From: Octopus vulgaris
Lineage: Eukaryota
NCBI GenBank assembly: GCA_951406725.2
Contig: OX597820.1
Span: 1,798,001-1,862,000, forward strand
DNA: 64,000 bases
Reading direction: 5' to 3'
Made by a program: the position numbers and the translations under genes. Positions 26,715 through 39,844 of the stretch are shown here, piece by piece. The notes under the pieces were generated by a model that was not told the origin of the DNA, did not search any database, and worked only from the letters and a program-made list of their open reading frames with translations. Within the stretch, counting starts at the first letter, position 1, and each line of letters begins with the position of its first letter.

Positions 26715-27595
26715 GTATATGGTATATATGTGTGTGTATGTATATATATATTTATAAATATACATGTATGGTATATATATGTGTGTTTTTGCGTGTATCT
26801 ATATGTATGTATGTGTATATGTATGTATATATGTATGCATGTATTGTATATACGTATATACATACGCATCCGTCTGTAAAACACAGTGAGAAAAAATAGG
26901 AGGGAAAGTAGACCGGAGACAGGATAATAAGATGTAATTAGTAAAATAAAATAAAATAAAATATAAAGAAAAGAACAAAATATTTAAAAGAAGAACTGGA
27001 AAAAAATGAAATAATGAAGAAAATGAGGCAAAACGAAAGGAAAAAAATGAACAAGTACAACAACAACGACAACAATCACAACAGAAATGAGAACGACAAC
27101 AATAACCACAACAACAACAATACCGACAACAACAGTAACTGCAACAACAAATGGTATATGAATAAAAATCAATAGATGTGAAATTCCAAAACAGGTCGTA
27201 ACATCACGTGACGGAATATAATTTATCTTCTTATCGATCTTTCTCAGGTTTCTGTTCTTCGCAGAATATCGTAATAGTCGTCGTCGTCGTCGTCGTCGCC
27301 GTAATCGTCATCATAATGCGCGCGTGCGTGTGAGGGACTGCAGTGATGATCTCGAGATCGTGGTTTCGGTTTCCGGACCAGGCGGTGTTCTGCGATCATT
27401 CCGACAGCTAACGTGCGCCACATTTGTGCACCTGTACAGGTAATGCCGAATTGATGGAGGGAACCAGCTTATTTACAGCACAACCATTTCAAAGCATCCA
27501 CTCAAGCTGTCCATCAAGGAATTGCGGATCCCTAATCCCTCGTCTAACGACGGGGAAAGGGTCCACTATATATGTGCGTGTGTATGTGTGTCTGC

Positions 27596-27631
<36 letters not shown>

Positions 27632-27709
27632 CTGTCTTTGTATGCATGTACGTATGTATCTATCCATCTCTCTACTAGTACATATACATACATATATATA
27701 CATACATAT

Positions 27710-27783
<74 letters not shown>

Positions 27784-27872
27784 CACATATATATACATAC
27801 ATATACACATCACATTTACAAACACCACCCACAAGACCCAAGACCCCACATCTTGTACAAAACACATACATA

Positions 27873-30800
27873 TGTATTAGTATACACGCTCAGGAATAGA
27901 AAAAGTCTTTCACATTTCGAACCTACGCTCTTCGACAGAAAAGGACACAGAAAAAAAAAACAAGGAGAGAAAAAAATGCGTGTAGTGGCTAACGATCTAT
28001 CATGGCGTCTGACTTGGACAGAAGGGTCACACGCGAGAAGGAAAGTAGGGGAGATAACAAGGTAAAGATGACCCCCCAACACGAAGGTGCGTGTGTGTAT
28101 AAGAGAGTATGTATGTGCGTGTGAAAGAGGGCTTGTGGTCTGGACGTGTGCGTGTATGTATGTGTAGGGGTGAAGATGTGGGGATGGGTGTGTGGGTGGT
28201 GTGTTGTGATGTGATGTGTAATGTTGTATGGTGTAGTGTGGTGTCGTGTGATGTTGTTGGGAGGTCGAGGGAGGCGAGAGTGGAGAAAGCACGGGTGGGG
28301 TGTGGGTTCGGCTGAGGGTTGGGGTAGAGTTGGAGTTTGTGGGTGGGCAGAGGGTGTGGGTAGAGGTGGGGTATGTGGGGGAGGGTGTATGGGATAGGAT
28401 GGGGGGATGGGAAGGATAGGGAAGTTGGAGTAGGGATGTGTAAGGGTGGGTGGGCTTATGGGAGAGGGGAAGGTGGGTAAGTGAGGAGAGAGAGGAGGAG
28501 AGAAGAGAGAAAGAGAGTAAGAGAGAAGAGAGAAAGAGAGGGTGAAAGAGTAGGAGAGAAGAGAGAAAGAGAATAAGAGGGAAGAGGGAAAGAGGGGAGA
28601 GAAAGAGAGAAAGAGCGTAGGAGAGAAGAGAGAAAGAGAAAAAGAGAGTAAGAGAGAAGAGGGAGAGAGAATAGGGGGAAGAGAGGAGAGAAGGAGAGTG
28701 AGGGAGCAGAGAGAAAGAGAGAAGAGAGAGAGAAAGAGAGAAGAGAGAAAGAGAGTAGGGGTGAAAAGATGTAGGAGTGAAGAGAAGTAGGAGTCGGGGA
28801 GGAGGTTAGATGAAGAGGGGAGGAGAGTTGAGCCCAAATGGCGTAAAAGCGAAGAGAGAAGATTAATCCTTGTTCACGACGCAAACGGGAGTCCGGATGG
28901 CCTCTGTGCAAGGACAATCCGAACACAGACAAGACAAGTGTTGCAAGGAGTGACTGGTGGAGCGGAAATGACGTGAGACCGGGGTGTCATTGCCGAGGCG
29001 GATGTCTCGGAGGTGTTCCGCGAACCGGTCAGGCAAGCGGCGTCCCGTTTGTCCGATGTACAGGGAATGGCAGAGAGAGCAGGAGATGCAATAGATGATA
29101 TTGCTGGAGATGCAGGTGAAGGAGTCGATGGTGCGATAGGGTCGATGATGGGTGCCGGTGAGGAGGGTGGTGTTGGAGAGGTAAGGGCAAGTGCGGCAGC
29201 GTGGGCGGGAGAAGAGGAACGAGCCAGGTTGGGAGGTAGGGTTGGGGAAGAAGCTGTGGACCAAGAGGTCTCGTAGGTTGTGGGCTCGTTTGAAGGAGGG
29301 GAGGGGTCGGTTAGGGAAGATGTATGAAGTGGACGGGTCGGACTGGAGATGCCGGAAAACTCGGAGAATGGTGCGTTGGAGAGGTAGGGTGGTGGGGGTG
29401 GTAGGTGAGGGGAAAAGGGAGGCGGCGGACTGCAGAGCGAGTTCGGAGGGAGAGAGCAGATTCACGGTCCACGGAACGTGCTCTGGCAAGGGCAGTGTGG
29501 ATAGTGGTGAGGGGATATCCACGTAGGATGAAGTAGCGAGCCATGAGTTGAGACTGAGTCTCAAAGTCATGGTCGTCACTACAGAGCCTGCGTAGACGGA
29601 GGAATTGGGAATAGGGGATGGAAAGCTTGGTGTGTTTGAGGTGGGAGGAGAAGTTTAGGTATGAGTGTGAGTCTGTGTGTTTGTAGTGGATGGAGGTGGT
29701 AAGAGTGGAGTGATGAATGCTGACCGAAATGTCAAGAAAGGAGATAGAGGTGTCAGAGATAGTGTAGGAGAAGTGGAGAGCAGGATGGAAAGATTTGACG
29801 AAAGAGAGGAAGGAGTCTAGCTGTTCGCGGGAGAGTGAGGTGGCACCGATACAGTCGTCAATATAACGGCCATATAGATCGGGAGTGAGACCAATGAAAT
29901 TAGAGAATATTTGGGCCTCAACATAGCCAACGAACAGGTTCGCATAGTTGGGGCCCATTCTCGTTCCCATGGCCACTCTCGAAATTTGCTGGTAGAACTC
30001 GCCCGCGAACGAGAAGCAGTTGAGTGAGAGGACAAGTTCGGCCAGACGAACGAGTGCGGAGGTGTCGTGTTGGGGATTGGGTCGGAGGTCCAGGAAGTGT
30101 TTCAGTGCACGCAGCCCCTCGTGGTGAGGGATCACAGTGTAGAGGCTCTGGATGTCCATTGTAAAGAGAAGTTTGGAGGAGCCAGGAGGGAAGGAGAAAG
30201 AGTTGAATAAACGAAGAGCATGATCGGTGTCATGGATGTGACAAGAGAAGTCACTAGGGGGGCAAGGATACGGTCGAGATATTTGGAGATAAGCTCGGTG
30301 GGGCAGTTACAGGCGGAGACGAAGGGGCGGCCAGGGTTGTTGGGTTTGGGGATTTGGGGGAGAAAGTAAATGGTGGGGGTGCGGGGTGTTCGGACAATGA
30401 TGTCGGATGCGGTGTGGGGGGACAGGAGGACGAGATGAGGTCATGGATGGTAGAGGAGACCATCTGTTGGTAGCTGGGCGTAGGGTCAGAGGACAGAGGA
30501 CAGTAGAAGATGTCATGGAGTTGGCGGAGAGTTTCGGCCTTGTAGATGTCCACGCGCCATACCACCACAGCTCCACCCTTGTCGGCCGGTTTAATAACGA
30601 TGTCAGTGCGCCGTCGGAGGGAACGAAGAGCCGAGAGTTCGGCTGAAGAGATGTTGAGACGACGGGGACGCCTGGAGAAGTTGAACCGCTCCAAAGCGCG
30701 CTGACAGGCGCCCGCAAAAAGATCCACTACTTGGAACTGGCTAGGATCAGGCGTCCACTGGGATGGTCGGCGGCCCAGGTCAGTGAAGCTGTCCTTCTCG

Positions 30801-31240
30801 TTTGATGCGGGGGGAGTGTCGCGGAAAAGCGCATACAACCTAACGCGGCGCACAAAGCTGTGGATATCAGCACGGGTCTGAAATTCCTTACAGGATGGAG
30901 TGAGGGGGATGAAACGCAGACCCCTACTGAGGATGGAGCGCTCCGCCACAGAGAGGGTAAAATCTGGGGGAATGGTAACAACAGACTGAAGTGGAGAAGG
31001 GCTGGATGGAATAGAAGTAAGAAGGGTGGATGGAATAGAAGTAGGAGGGGTGGATAGGGTGGAGGTAGGAGGGGTGGTAGGGCTGGTGGAAGGCTGGGGG
31101 ATGTGTGAGGGGGTTCTGGAGGGACAGGGAGTTGGGTGTGGGTGGGTGGAGCATATCAGCGGGGAGAAGGATAGTGGCATCGGGTGTGATGGAATGGAGG
31201 AGTGAGTGGAGTTTACGAAGTTTGGTGTTGGCAAGAAATT
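27873..31240 (-). mobile_element. Penelope-like retroelement (RT + GIY-YIG endonuclease), 5'-truncated and frameshifted
   Basis: KPADKGGAVVVW, MDIQSLYT, AMGTRMGPNYANLF, YGRYIDD, FLDI; RPRCRTC linker; NIIYCISCSLCHSLYIGQTGRRL.DRFAEH; hammerhead-like motif at the 3' end (27907-27942). Confidence 0.95.
27907..27942 (-). ncRNA. Decayed minimal hammerhead-like motif (U6 variant) of the Penelope element
   Basis: TTTT-CTGTCGA-A-GAGC-gtag-GTTC-GAAA-T-GTG-AAAG; stem III and cleavage triplet are mutated. Confidence 0.5.
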
Positions 31241-31250
31241 GAGGAAAATG

Positions 31251-31500
<250 letters not shown>

Positions 31501-31699
31501 GCGAGCTGGTAGATACGTTAGCACCACGAGCAAATGATTAGCCATATTTCGTCTGTCTTTACGTTCTGAGTTCAAATTCCGACGAGGGTGTCTTTGCCTT
31601 TCATCCTTTCGGGGTCGATAAATTAAGTACCGGTTGCGTACTGGCCCCCTTCCCAAAAGTTTCGGTCCTTATGCCTAGAGTAGTATGCCTAGGGTGTGC

Positions 31700-31749
<50 letters not shown>

Positions 31750-31752
<3 letters not shown>

Positions 31753-32397
31753 GATTCCTCATGATGTGGCAGAATGAATTCTATGTGTGAATAGTTACTT
31801 GTGTATGTATTCTGTTAATGTTTGTTAAGTCTTGGTTAGTATTTTAGTATGAAAGTATTTTCTTTGTTTATCCGTGCTTCATTTGTGGTATTCGCTGAAT
31901 ATAGGTAGAGTGGGAAGACCTGGAATTTGGTGAGGGGCTTAGTTTTTGCACATATGTCTCTGTGAGCAGTGAGTGAAATCTGTCAAATACTAGATTCTCG
32001 TATTTGTTGTCGGTGAATGGTCAGTCTACTTCTTAGAGTAAGCCTTGTTTGATCTATTTAATCTTCATTACATCCTAGACATTCCTTGAAGAACATGTAA
32101 AGTGATTTTTTATGGTAAAATTCCGTCCTGATTTGAATTTGTATGTTGAGTCTTTAATAAGGTTGATGCAGGTGCCGTAATTGGGGCGGCAAGCTTCAAG
32201 CACTAGTCAGAAGGAAGACGGCTGCGACATAAACCATGTCGTTCTATTTGAACTTTTTAAAAATCAGTGTAAGCTGTGAAACCGGTTAAAGCTTTAAATA
32301 TATGAATAAAAAGTATTCTAACTATTCTTAATGTATTTCCAACTTCTACTTAAAATACTTTTTATTCATATATCTAAAGCTTTAACCGGTTTCACAG
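31750..32397 (-). mobile_element. Degenerate Penelope GIY-YIG fragment plus fold-back terminus
   Basis: Minus translation CRPNYGTC...FTCSSRN..CLGCNED*IDQT...LRSRLTIHRQQIR (31824-32195); inverted repeat 32274-32317 / 32354-32397. Confidence 0.7.
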
Positions 32398-32779
32398 ATC
32401 CTTTCTCGCATCATAGGGCCAACTTTCTGATTTTCCTGGCATATATATTTGCCACCTGGACGGGACGCTAGTCCATCGCAGGATTACTCATTTTTGCCAG
32501 CTGAGTGGACTGCAGCAACGGGAAATGAAGTGTTTTCCCCCGGACCACAACTCACCAGCGATGCTTGAATAAATATCCTAAAGATCTCATGACGATCTCA
32601 TGTACCTGTTACGAGATTACTGCAGCCAGTGGAAAGGAAAAGTATCGAGTTCATGATTATAAAACACCAGCTTGGATGGTCTGGTCGTCTTGTTCCTTTA
32701 GAGGATTCCTCCATTGCAATTTGCGATGCAAATTGTTACTTCTTTGATACTCGAAGCAAAACGGTACTACAATAATTCA

Positions 32780-34680
32780 CGACGATAATCGATAGAATTG
32801 CTATTCATGACACTAATTTTTAATATTGCTGTTCCCGACACTAATCGATTACGTTTGCTATTTCCGACGCTAATCGCTACCCATACAATTTACGACATTA
32901 ATCAGTACCATTGTTATTCTCGACCCTAATCGTTACCATTACTCCTTCCGACGCTAATCGTTAGAATTGACATTCATGACACTAAGTTTTACCATTGCTT
33001 TTCCCGACACAAATCGTTACCATTCCTGTTCTGTCGTTAAACGTTACAATTATCATTAATGTCACTAACTCTCACCATTGTTCTTCCCGACGCTAATCGC
33101 TAACCTTTGACAATTCCTATGCTAAAGGTTACAGATACCATTCGCGACGTTAATCAATACCACGGTAATCTTTATAATTCCTATTCCCGACAGAAACCGG
33201 TGCAATTGCCATTCATCACTAATATTTACCATTGCTGTTTCCGATGCTAATAGTTAAAGTTACTATTCTTGAAACTAATTGTTACCATTGCTGTTCCTGA
33301 TACTAATTGGTACCACTGCTATTTACGACGTTACTGTTACCGTTCTCGACTTCAATCTTCTGCAGTACCATCCACGATGCTAAACCTAACCATTGCCAAA
33401 TCCGATGCTTTTCATTAGTATTAACTTTTTCGACTCTTATCGTTACCATTCGCTTCAATCGCACCCACTGTCGTTTTCAACATTAATATTTAGCTTATCG
33501 TTCGTATTATCTTAGAAAGGAAAGAAATCTTGAACGCGGGAAAATAGTTGCGAAAACAGACATATAAAATATAGAATGCCCGCGCATTGAGCTAAACGAC
33601 ACACCCCGATAGTCATCCTCCTTTATAACGGTAAATAATAGATTTTGGAATGTGAGAACATATTTATAACAATGACATTCACACGCTAAAAAATATAGGT
33701 TAGCCTTATAAAAAAATGGGCATTTGTTGTTAGAGATCGTTTATCTCAATGGTACAGACAGCTCAGCCGCAGTTTGAGATGTGCAGGTTTCGATTCTCTG
33801 TACTAGCCTGCTTTGCAATTTTATTATTATTATTTTTTTTGTCTATAAGGTTATTTTACCCGAACATCTTATGTCTATAGCTGTTGTCTTGCGTTCGAGA
33901 TTTCCTTCATTTCTAAAATACCAACTCATTCAGCGCTGCAATGTCTGTTTATAAAAATGATGGTATTACCATTCCTGAACGCCGATCTTTACCATTGTAT
34001 TTCCCAACCCTAGTCGTTACCATTTTTACGCCCGATCTTAACCGTTAATACTACTATTGTGGATGCCAGTCGTTAGCATTACCAGTCATGAAGACTAATC
34101 GTATCCATCGTATTTTCCGACGCTAATCTTTGCAATTGCTTTTTCGATGCTAATCTTTACCATTGCCACTTCTAGCACCAATCGTTTCCTTTGACATTCC
34201 CGATGCTAATCGTTATCATTGCTATTCCCGACGTTTATCTTTAGCATTGCCAGTTCTAATCTTAATCTTTACCATTGCCATTCTCGACGCTAATCGTTAC
34301 TCTTGTTATTCCGACGCCAATCTTCAGCCTCGCTAATTTTTTGCATTGCTGTCACCGATACTCATCGTTGCCGTTTGGATTTCCCACAGTAATCGTTACA
34401 ATTGCTTTGCTCGCGCTTTATCATTACCCAGTTATTCTTCAGCATTACCATTCCAGGTGCCTACCTTTAGTATCATCTTTCTCGACGATATTCGCAAGTA
34501 TTTCCATTTTTGTTGCTAATCTTTACTATCGCCATTCCCGACGCTAATCGTTACCATTGCATTTCCCGACGCTAATCGTTACCATTGCATTTCCCGACGC
34601 TAATCGTTACCATTGCTCTTTCTGATGTTAACATTTCTTATTTTCATTTCCAGTGCTCATAGTTATAATTACCATTCCAA
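32780..34680. repeat. Degenerate 28-bp minisatellite, interrupted at 33508-33920
   Basis: Unit approx. TTCCCGACGCTAATCGTTACCATTGCTA; three near-perfect units at 34535-34616. Confidence 0.85.
33508..33920. mobile_element. TIR element (MITE) with internal tRNA-like segment
   Basis: Degenerate ~50-bp inverted ends TATCTTAGAAAGGAAAGAAATCTTGAACGC / GCGTTCGAGATTTCCTTCATTTCTAAAATA; A/B-box-like sequence at 33737-33808. Confidence 0.6.
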
Positions 34681-34698
34681 CGTTCATATTAATAATAA

Positions 34699-34945
34699 GG
34701 TGCGTGGCTTAGTGGTTAGGGGTATTGGGCTTATGATCGTAAGATTGTGGTTTCGATTCCTGGACCGGGCGATGCGTTGTGTTCTTGAGCAAGACACTTC
34801 ATTTCACGTTGCTCCAGTCCACTCAGCTGGCAAAACTGAGTAACCCTGCGACTGACCGGCATTCCGTCCGGGTAGGGAATATATACATTATTGAAACCGG
34901 GAAACCGGCCCCCATGAGCCTGACATGGCTCGAGAAGGAAACATT
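34699..34945 (+). mobile_element. tRNA-derived CORE-like SINE
   Basis: GGTGCGTGGCTTAGTGGTTAGG...GGTTTCGATTCC...TTGAGCAAGACACTT... Confidence 0.85.
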
Positions 34946-35469
34946 TATTTGTTTATTTAATTTTGGCAGAAGGGAAGCAATTTTTGAGGGTCGGGAGAAG
35001 CCTTTACGTTGACTCCAGTACTTAATTATTTCGTTATTTCATCAACCCGAAAATCACGAAAAGTGATGTCGGCCTTTGTTGAATTTGAACTCGGTATATA
35101 GAGAGCCGGAGGAAAAGCTGTGAAGTATTTTGTGACGTTCTCTCGATTTTTCCAGTCCACTGTTCTCAGTAGAATCTGTATTAAAATTGCTCCAGCTGTG
35201 GCTGTGATCACTCCATCATTTTCTTATGTACTGAAACCCATGCGAACATTTTTTTAATGACAGGTCACGAATTGAGGATGGTTTACCAATTATTTCTAAC
35301 ACGTCGAACGTCCATGTATAGGCTTCGTCCATGAGGTTTTCTAAAATGTGTTATGGTGGAACAGCAACGAAGTAAAAAGGATTTGCAATATCAAAATATT
35401 CCAACTTAATTTGATACTAAATATACACAAAAAAAACTTCTCCAACTCGTATTTGATTTGAACGAGAGT

Positions 35470-35550
35470 TCGAAACGGAAGTCACCGAGTCTAGCTTACG
35501 TAGCGGAAGTGTGACATCTCCAGCAGTTTGTCCAATAAGCATTGGGCTGT
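35470..35550. promoter_or_regulatory. Candidate Pol II promoter (two ETS-type CGGAAGT motifs, CCAAT boxes)
   Basis: CGGAAGT at about 35476 and 35504; CCAAT and ATTGG at about 35532 and 35541; CpG-rich, non-repetitive context. Confidence 0.3.
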
Positions 35551-37593
35551 CAGATAAATTCGTCCGTGTGTTTGTCTCTATTGTTTTTCTACTTTTGTTT
35601 ATTTGGCACTCGATCGTCATATGTCCGGGAAGAGACAGAATTTATTCAGATTTCAAAAGTGACAAATGAAAGTTAGAGAGGAAGAACAGAGCAACAGAAA
35701 CCCAGAAAACACAACGAGGAAAAAATATCATTCGTGCTAATTCAAATAGGATTAAAATACATGGAAAACAACAACAAAAAAAAAGATGTGGTGGTGGTGG
35801 TGGTGGTGGTGGTGGTGTATGAACGAATATATCCGACAATCCAGTGCAATGAGACAGTCCTTCTGTCACTGTATGGATTTAGAAACAATGTCAGTTGTTG
35901 TTGTTGTTGTTGCTGAGATTTCAGATGCAGAACGAACGTGACTAGATCTTGGGTTTAACTGAGATTAGTTAAAAATAGAGGAACTGTGTAAATAATTCCT
36001 AAATAGTGAATATATGCCTAAAGACAGGTCAAACAAGGCTCTTAGAATATCAACAGCAAAATAATAATAATAATAATAATAATAACAAAGAAAAGAAAGA
36101 AAAAAGAAAATTGGTGCAAAGTAATTTAAAAGGAAGTCAATGGCAAATAATGTGAGTCCATGTGCGAAGTACGAGGCTGGATGTAGACTTGATAAGGCCG
36201 AAAGCTATATATAAACTATGAAAACCCCTTGAAGAAGATCTCGTAAAAATTGAAAGCATACCTTGAATAACTTTGTGGTCCCTGCATGATATAATCCGTG
36301 CCTAAATGTACATGGTTTGCATTTTTGTAGAAAACTCCGTTGCGCTGTATAAATATCATAAACAGCTTCCATTTCTTCGCAGAGTATAGTTTTGACCAAG
36401 AGAGACCTTCGGACTCTTGGCTCAGGACGCTTCCATTGTACCACTCTGCTCAACGAGTGCTTTAGCAAACGTCTGATGTATTATGCCTCACACTGTCTGT
36501 TCTGGGTCCCATTACTGGCATCACATCATCCGTTGCATGTCATTTACTTATTCGTTATTAACTTCTATGCTTTAAACTATTTCAAATGTATGAAATTTAG
36601 CAAGTGCATAATACATTCTGCGGCACTGCGATGTCAATTTGCCGACTGGAAGGTGATATTTCACTCAACCGATGCTCCAAGAGTCACATTTGACGAACCA
36701 CAGACATAGATCTAGATTGTTGCAAATTTTTCTGGGTCTCTCTTCATTTTTCACTTCCAGAAGCAAATAAATTCTATAAGCTCGGCGCAGCATAGGAGGT
36801 TAGCTTGCTAATGGACATATATTCTTTTCTACTCTAGGCACAAGGCCCTAAATTTTGGGGGAGGAGGCCAGTCGACCCCGACAGAATGAAAGGCAAAGTT
36901 GACCTGGTAGACTTTGAATTTAGAACGTAAAGACAGACGAAATACCGCAAAGCATTTCGCCCGGCGTGCTAACGTTTCTGCCAGCTCGCCGCCTTAAGAA
37001 TTATATATTCTTTTCTACTCTAGGCACAAGGCCCGAAGTTTTGGAGGAGGGAGCCTGTCAATTAAATCTACCCCAGTACACAACTGGTACTTAATTTATC
37101 GACCCCGAAAGGATGAAAGGCCATGTCGACCTCGGCGGAATTTGAACTCAGAACGTAAAGACAGACGAAATACCGGTAAACATTTCGCCCAGCTCGCCGC
37201 CTTAATGGACATACATTAAAACAGTTATTCAGATATATAAGAATTGAAGTGTTAAACGAACACTAAGGCACTATCTTATTAGTTTTATACAATATTTGAT
37301 GGCATAAAGGAGTCAGGGACATTTTAGACGTACCCTAATTTCAGCACATTCAGAAAATAGAGTTTTTAGAGCATCGAAGTTGGTAATATTTGAAGCAATT
37401 GAGTATGTAGGATCGAGGGCGAAGTTTTTGAAGAAAAAAACAACTCTTATATGCCATCAAATATGGTAAGTACCTTAATTGCTATGTACCACTGTGTAGC
37501 ACCTTGGGCAAATGTCTTTTGCTATAACTGCGGGCCGACCAAAGCCTTGTCAGTGGATTTGGTTCACGGAAACTGTAAGAAACCCACCGTATG

Positions 37594-37639
<46 letters not shown>

Positions 37640-37642
<3 letters not shown>

Positions 37643-37932
37643 TCATCATCATCATCATCATCGTTTAACGTCCGTTTTACATTCTTTGATGGCTTGGACG
37701 GTATGATCGAGATCTGGAGAGCCAGCGGCTGCACCAGGCTCCAATCTGATTTTTACAATGTTTCTACAGCTTGATGCATATCCTAATGCCAACCACTCCG
37801 AGAGTGTAGTGGGTGCTTTTACGTGTCACCGGCGCGTGAACCAGTCAGGCGGCACTGGCATCGACCACGTTTGAATGATGCTTTTTACGTGTCACTGGCA
37901 CAGGAGCCAGTCATGGGGAACTGGCATCGGCC
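37640..37932 (-). mobile_element. SINE/LINE 3' tail with (GAT)n end and internal direct repeats
   Basis: (ATC)n abutting TCGTTTAACGTCCG; TGCTTTTACGTGTCAC.GGC occurs twice. Confidence 0.5.
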
Positions 37933-38099
37933 ATCTTCTTCTTCTTCTTCTTCTTCTTCTTCTTCTTCTTCTTCTTCTTCTTCTTCTTCTTCTTCTTCTT
38001 CTTCTTCTTCTTCTTCTTCTTCCCTACCAAGAATTCACAATGACCTCAAACCCACAAGAGTAAACAAGAGAGACAGAGACAGGCAGAAACAAGGAAAAT

Positions 38100-38326
38100 G
38101 TCACTTGTCCGTCCATTTATTGTCTAGTTTGGGACACTCGGCTTGAGCAGAGCCTCCTGTCGCTATGGAGACCGATGCGAGAATGACATTCTCGGTCGCA
38201 TAGATCGCATCTGTGTGCAGATTTTGGTCTGTCGGCTGTCGATCCTTTACGTCGGGTTCGCTTCTCTGCAACTGCAGCTGACAGCTTCTCTTCACCGATC
38301 CATAGCTGTTTGAGAAGTGTGCTTTA
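38100..38326 (-). mobile_element. RTE LINE C-terminal zinc-finger fragment
   Basis: Minus translation EKRTRRK...[23 protein letters not shown] matches the RTE C-terminal C..C.R.C.SRIGL.SH motif. Confidence 0.7.
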
Positions 38327-38340
38327 CATATATATATATG

Positions 38341-38706
<366 letters not shown>

Positions 38707-38883
38707 TATATATAATATAAATTAGAGATAAAACCACTATTATGCAATTCAAACAGTGATAGACATAAACCAATACATAAATAACCAATATATATATATA
38801 TATATATTAATTTTTTTTAAATATATAACTTATAACTAGAGCTCAAAAAGTATAAAATGAATGATAAATATATATGTAAAAAC

Positions 38884-38981
38884 ACTACGTACGTTTCATG
38901 GCTACAATTAAATTCAAATTACAATTATGTTTAAATTCAATTGATATAAATTCGATTTAAAATTATAGTCAATCTTCAGGT
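38884..38981 (-). ncRNA. Hammerhead-like motif with long stem II
   Basis: ac-CTGAAGA-T-TGACTATAATT...AATTGTAGCCA-T-GAAA-CGTAC-GTA-gt; stem III palindrome ACGTACGT; stem I only 2 bp. Confidence 0.6.
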
Positions 38982-39844
38982 TAATGATAATAGTTAAATA
39001 AATAAGCAAATAGAGTTAAACAATATTTATTTAAGAAATAAATAAATAATAATTTTTCTTATAGAAAAAACTCCATTAACTAAATTATAAACTTAAAACA
39101 TTAGGATTTTTCCTACAACACATTTATTATGTTAAATATTTAATTTTTAATTTTTAAGGTAGAAAAATAGATAGAAATATGTATTTATCTTTGAAGATAT
39201 AATTTGGCTTTAAAAAGCATAATAAACTCTCGAATATCTTTAACTCAGTTATACTCTAATATTTAATTACCAAATTATTTAACAAAATAATCACTATTAA
39301 TATTTTTAGATTTAAGTTCACATCTAATAATTATTATATAATCAATACATAAAAATAAGTATCTAAATTATAATCAACAAATATAGTAATTAAAAATCTA
39401 AAATTTTCTCTATTAATAAATATATAGACCAAAATATATAGGCCAAAAATAAATCAATTAATTAGTCCATTATTACTTACATAAATATTATATCTATAGA
39501 ATATATTTATGAAATACAATTTAAAAATTAAAAATTAAAAATCAAATTAAAAACGTATAACCTATGTTAAAAGAACCGTATAACTATTTTACGATCTATA
39601 TACCACAGTGATTAAGTAATATCGTACAATTTACTTACAGTTATAATCTAATAATTAAATATACATATCGAAATTATCATCAACTACTAAAATAATTATA
39701 GATTCAAATTAACAATCAATAGTTATATAGAATACAATACAATAAAATTTCTTAAAATTTCTAAAATAAAAAAGTTTACTTAACTCTCGAAAATTAAATA
39801 CTAAATTGAATTTTTCTCTGTAAGTTTGGAGTTATACTCCCTAG

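Noticed and set aside
32780-34680. Regularly spaced ~28-bp repeat resembling a CRISPR array
   Set aside because: Units are contiguous and degenerate with no unique spacers, there are no cas genes, and the context is eukaryotic.
36205-36709. Non-repetitive ORFs of 87-105 aa
   Set aside because: No recognisable domain or clear splice signals.
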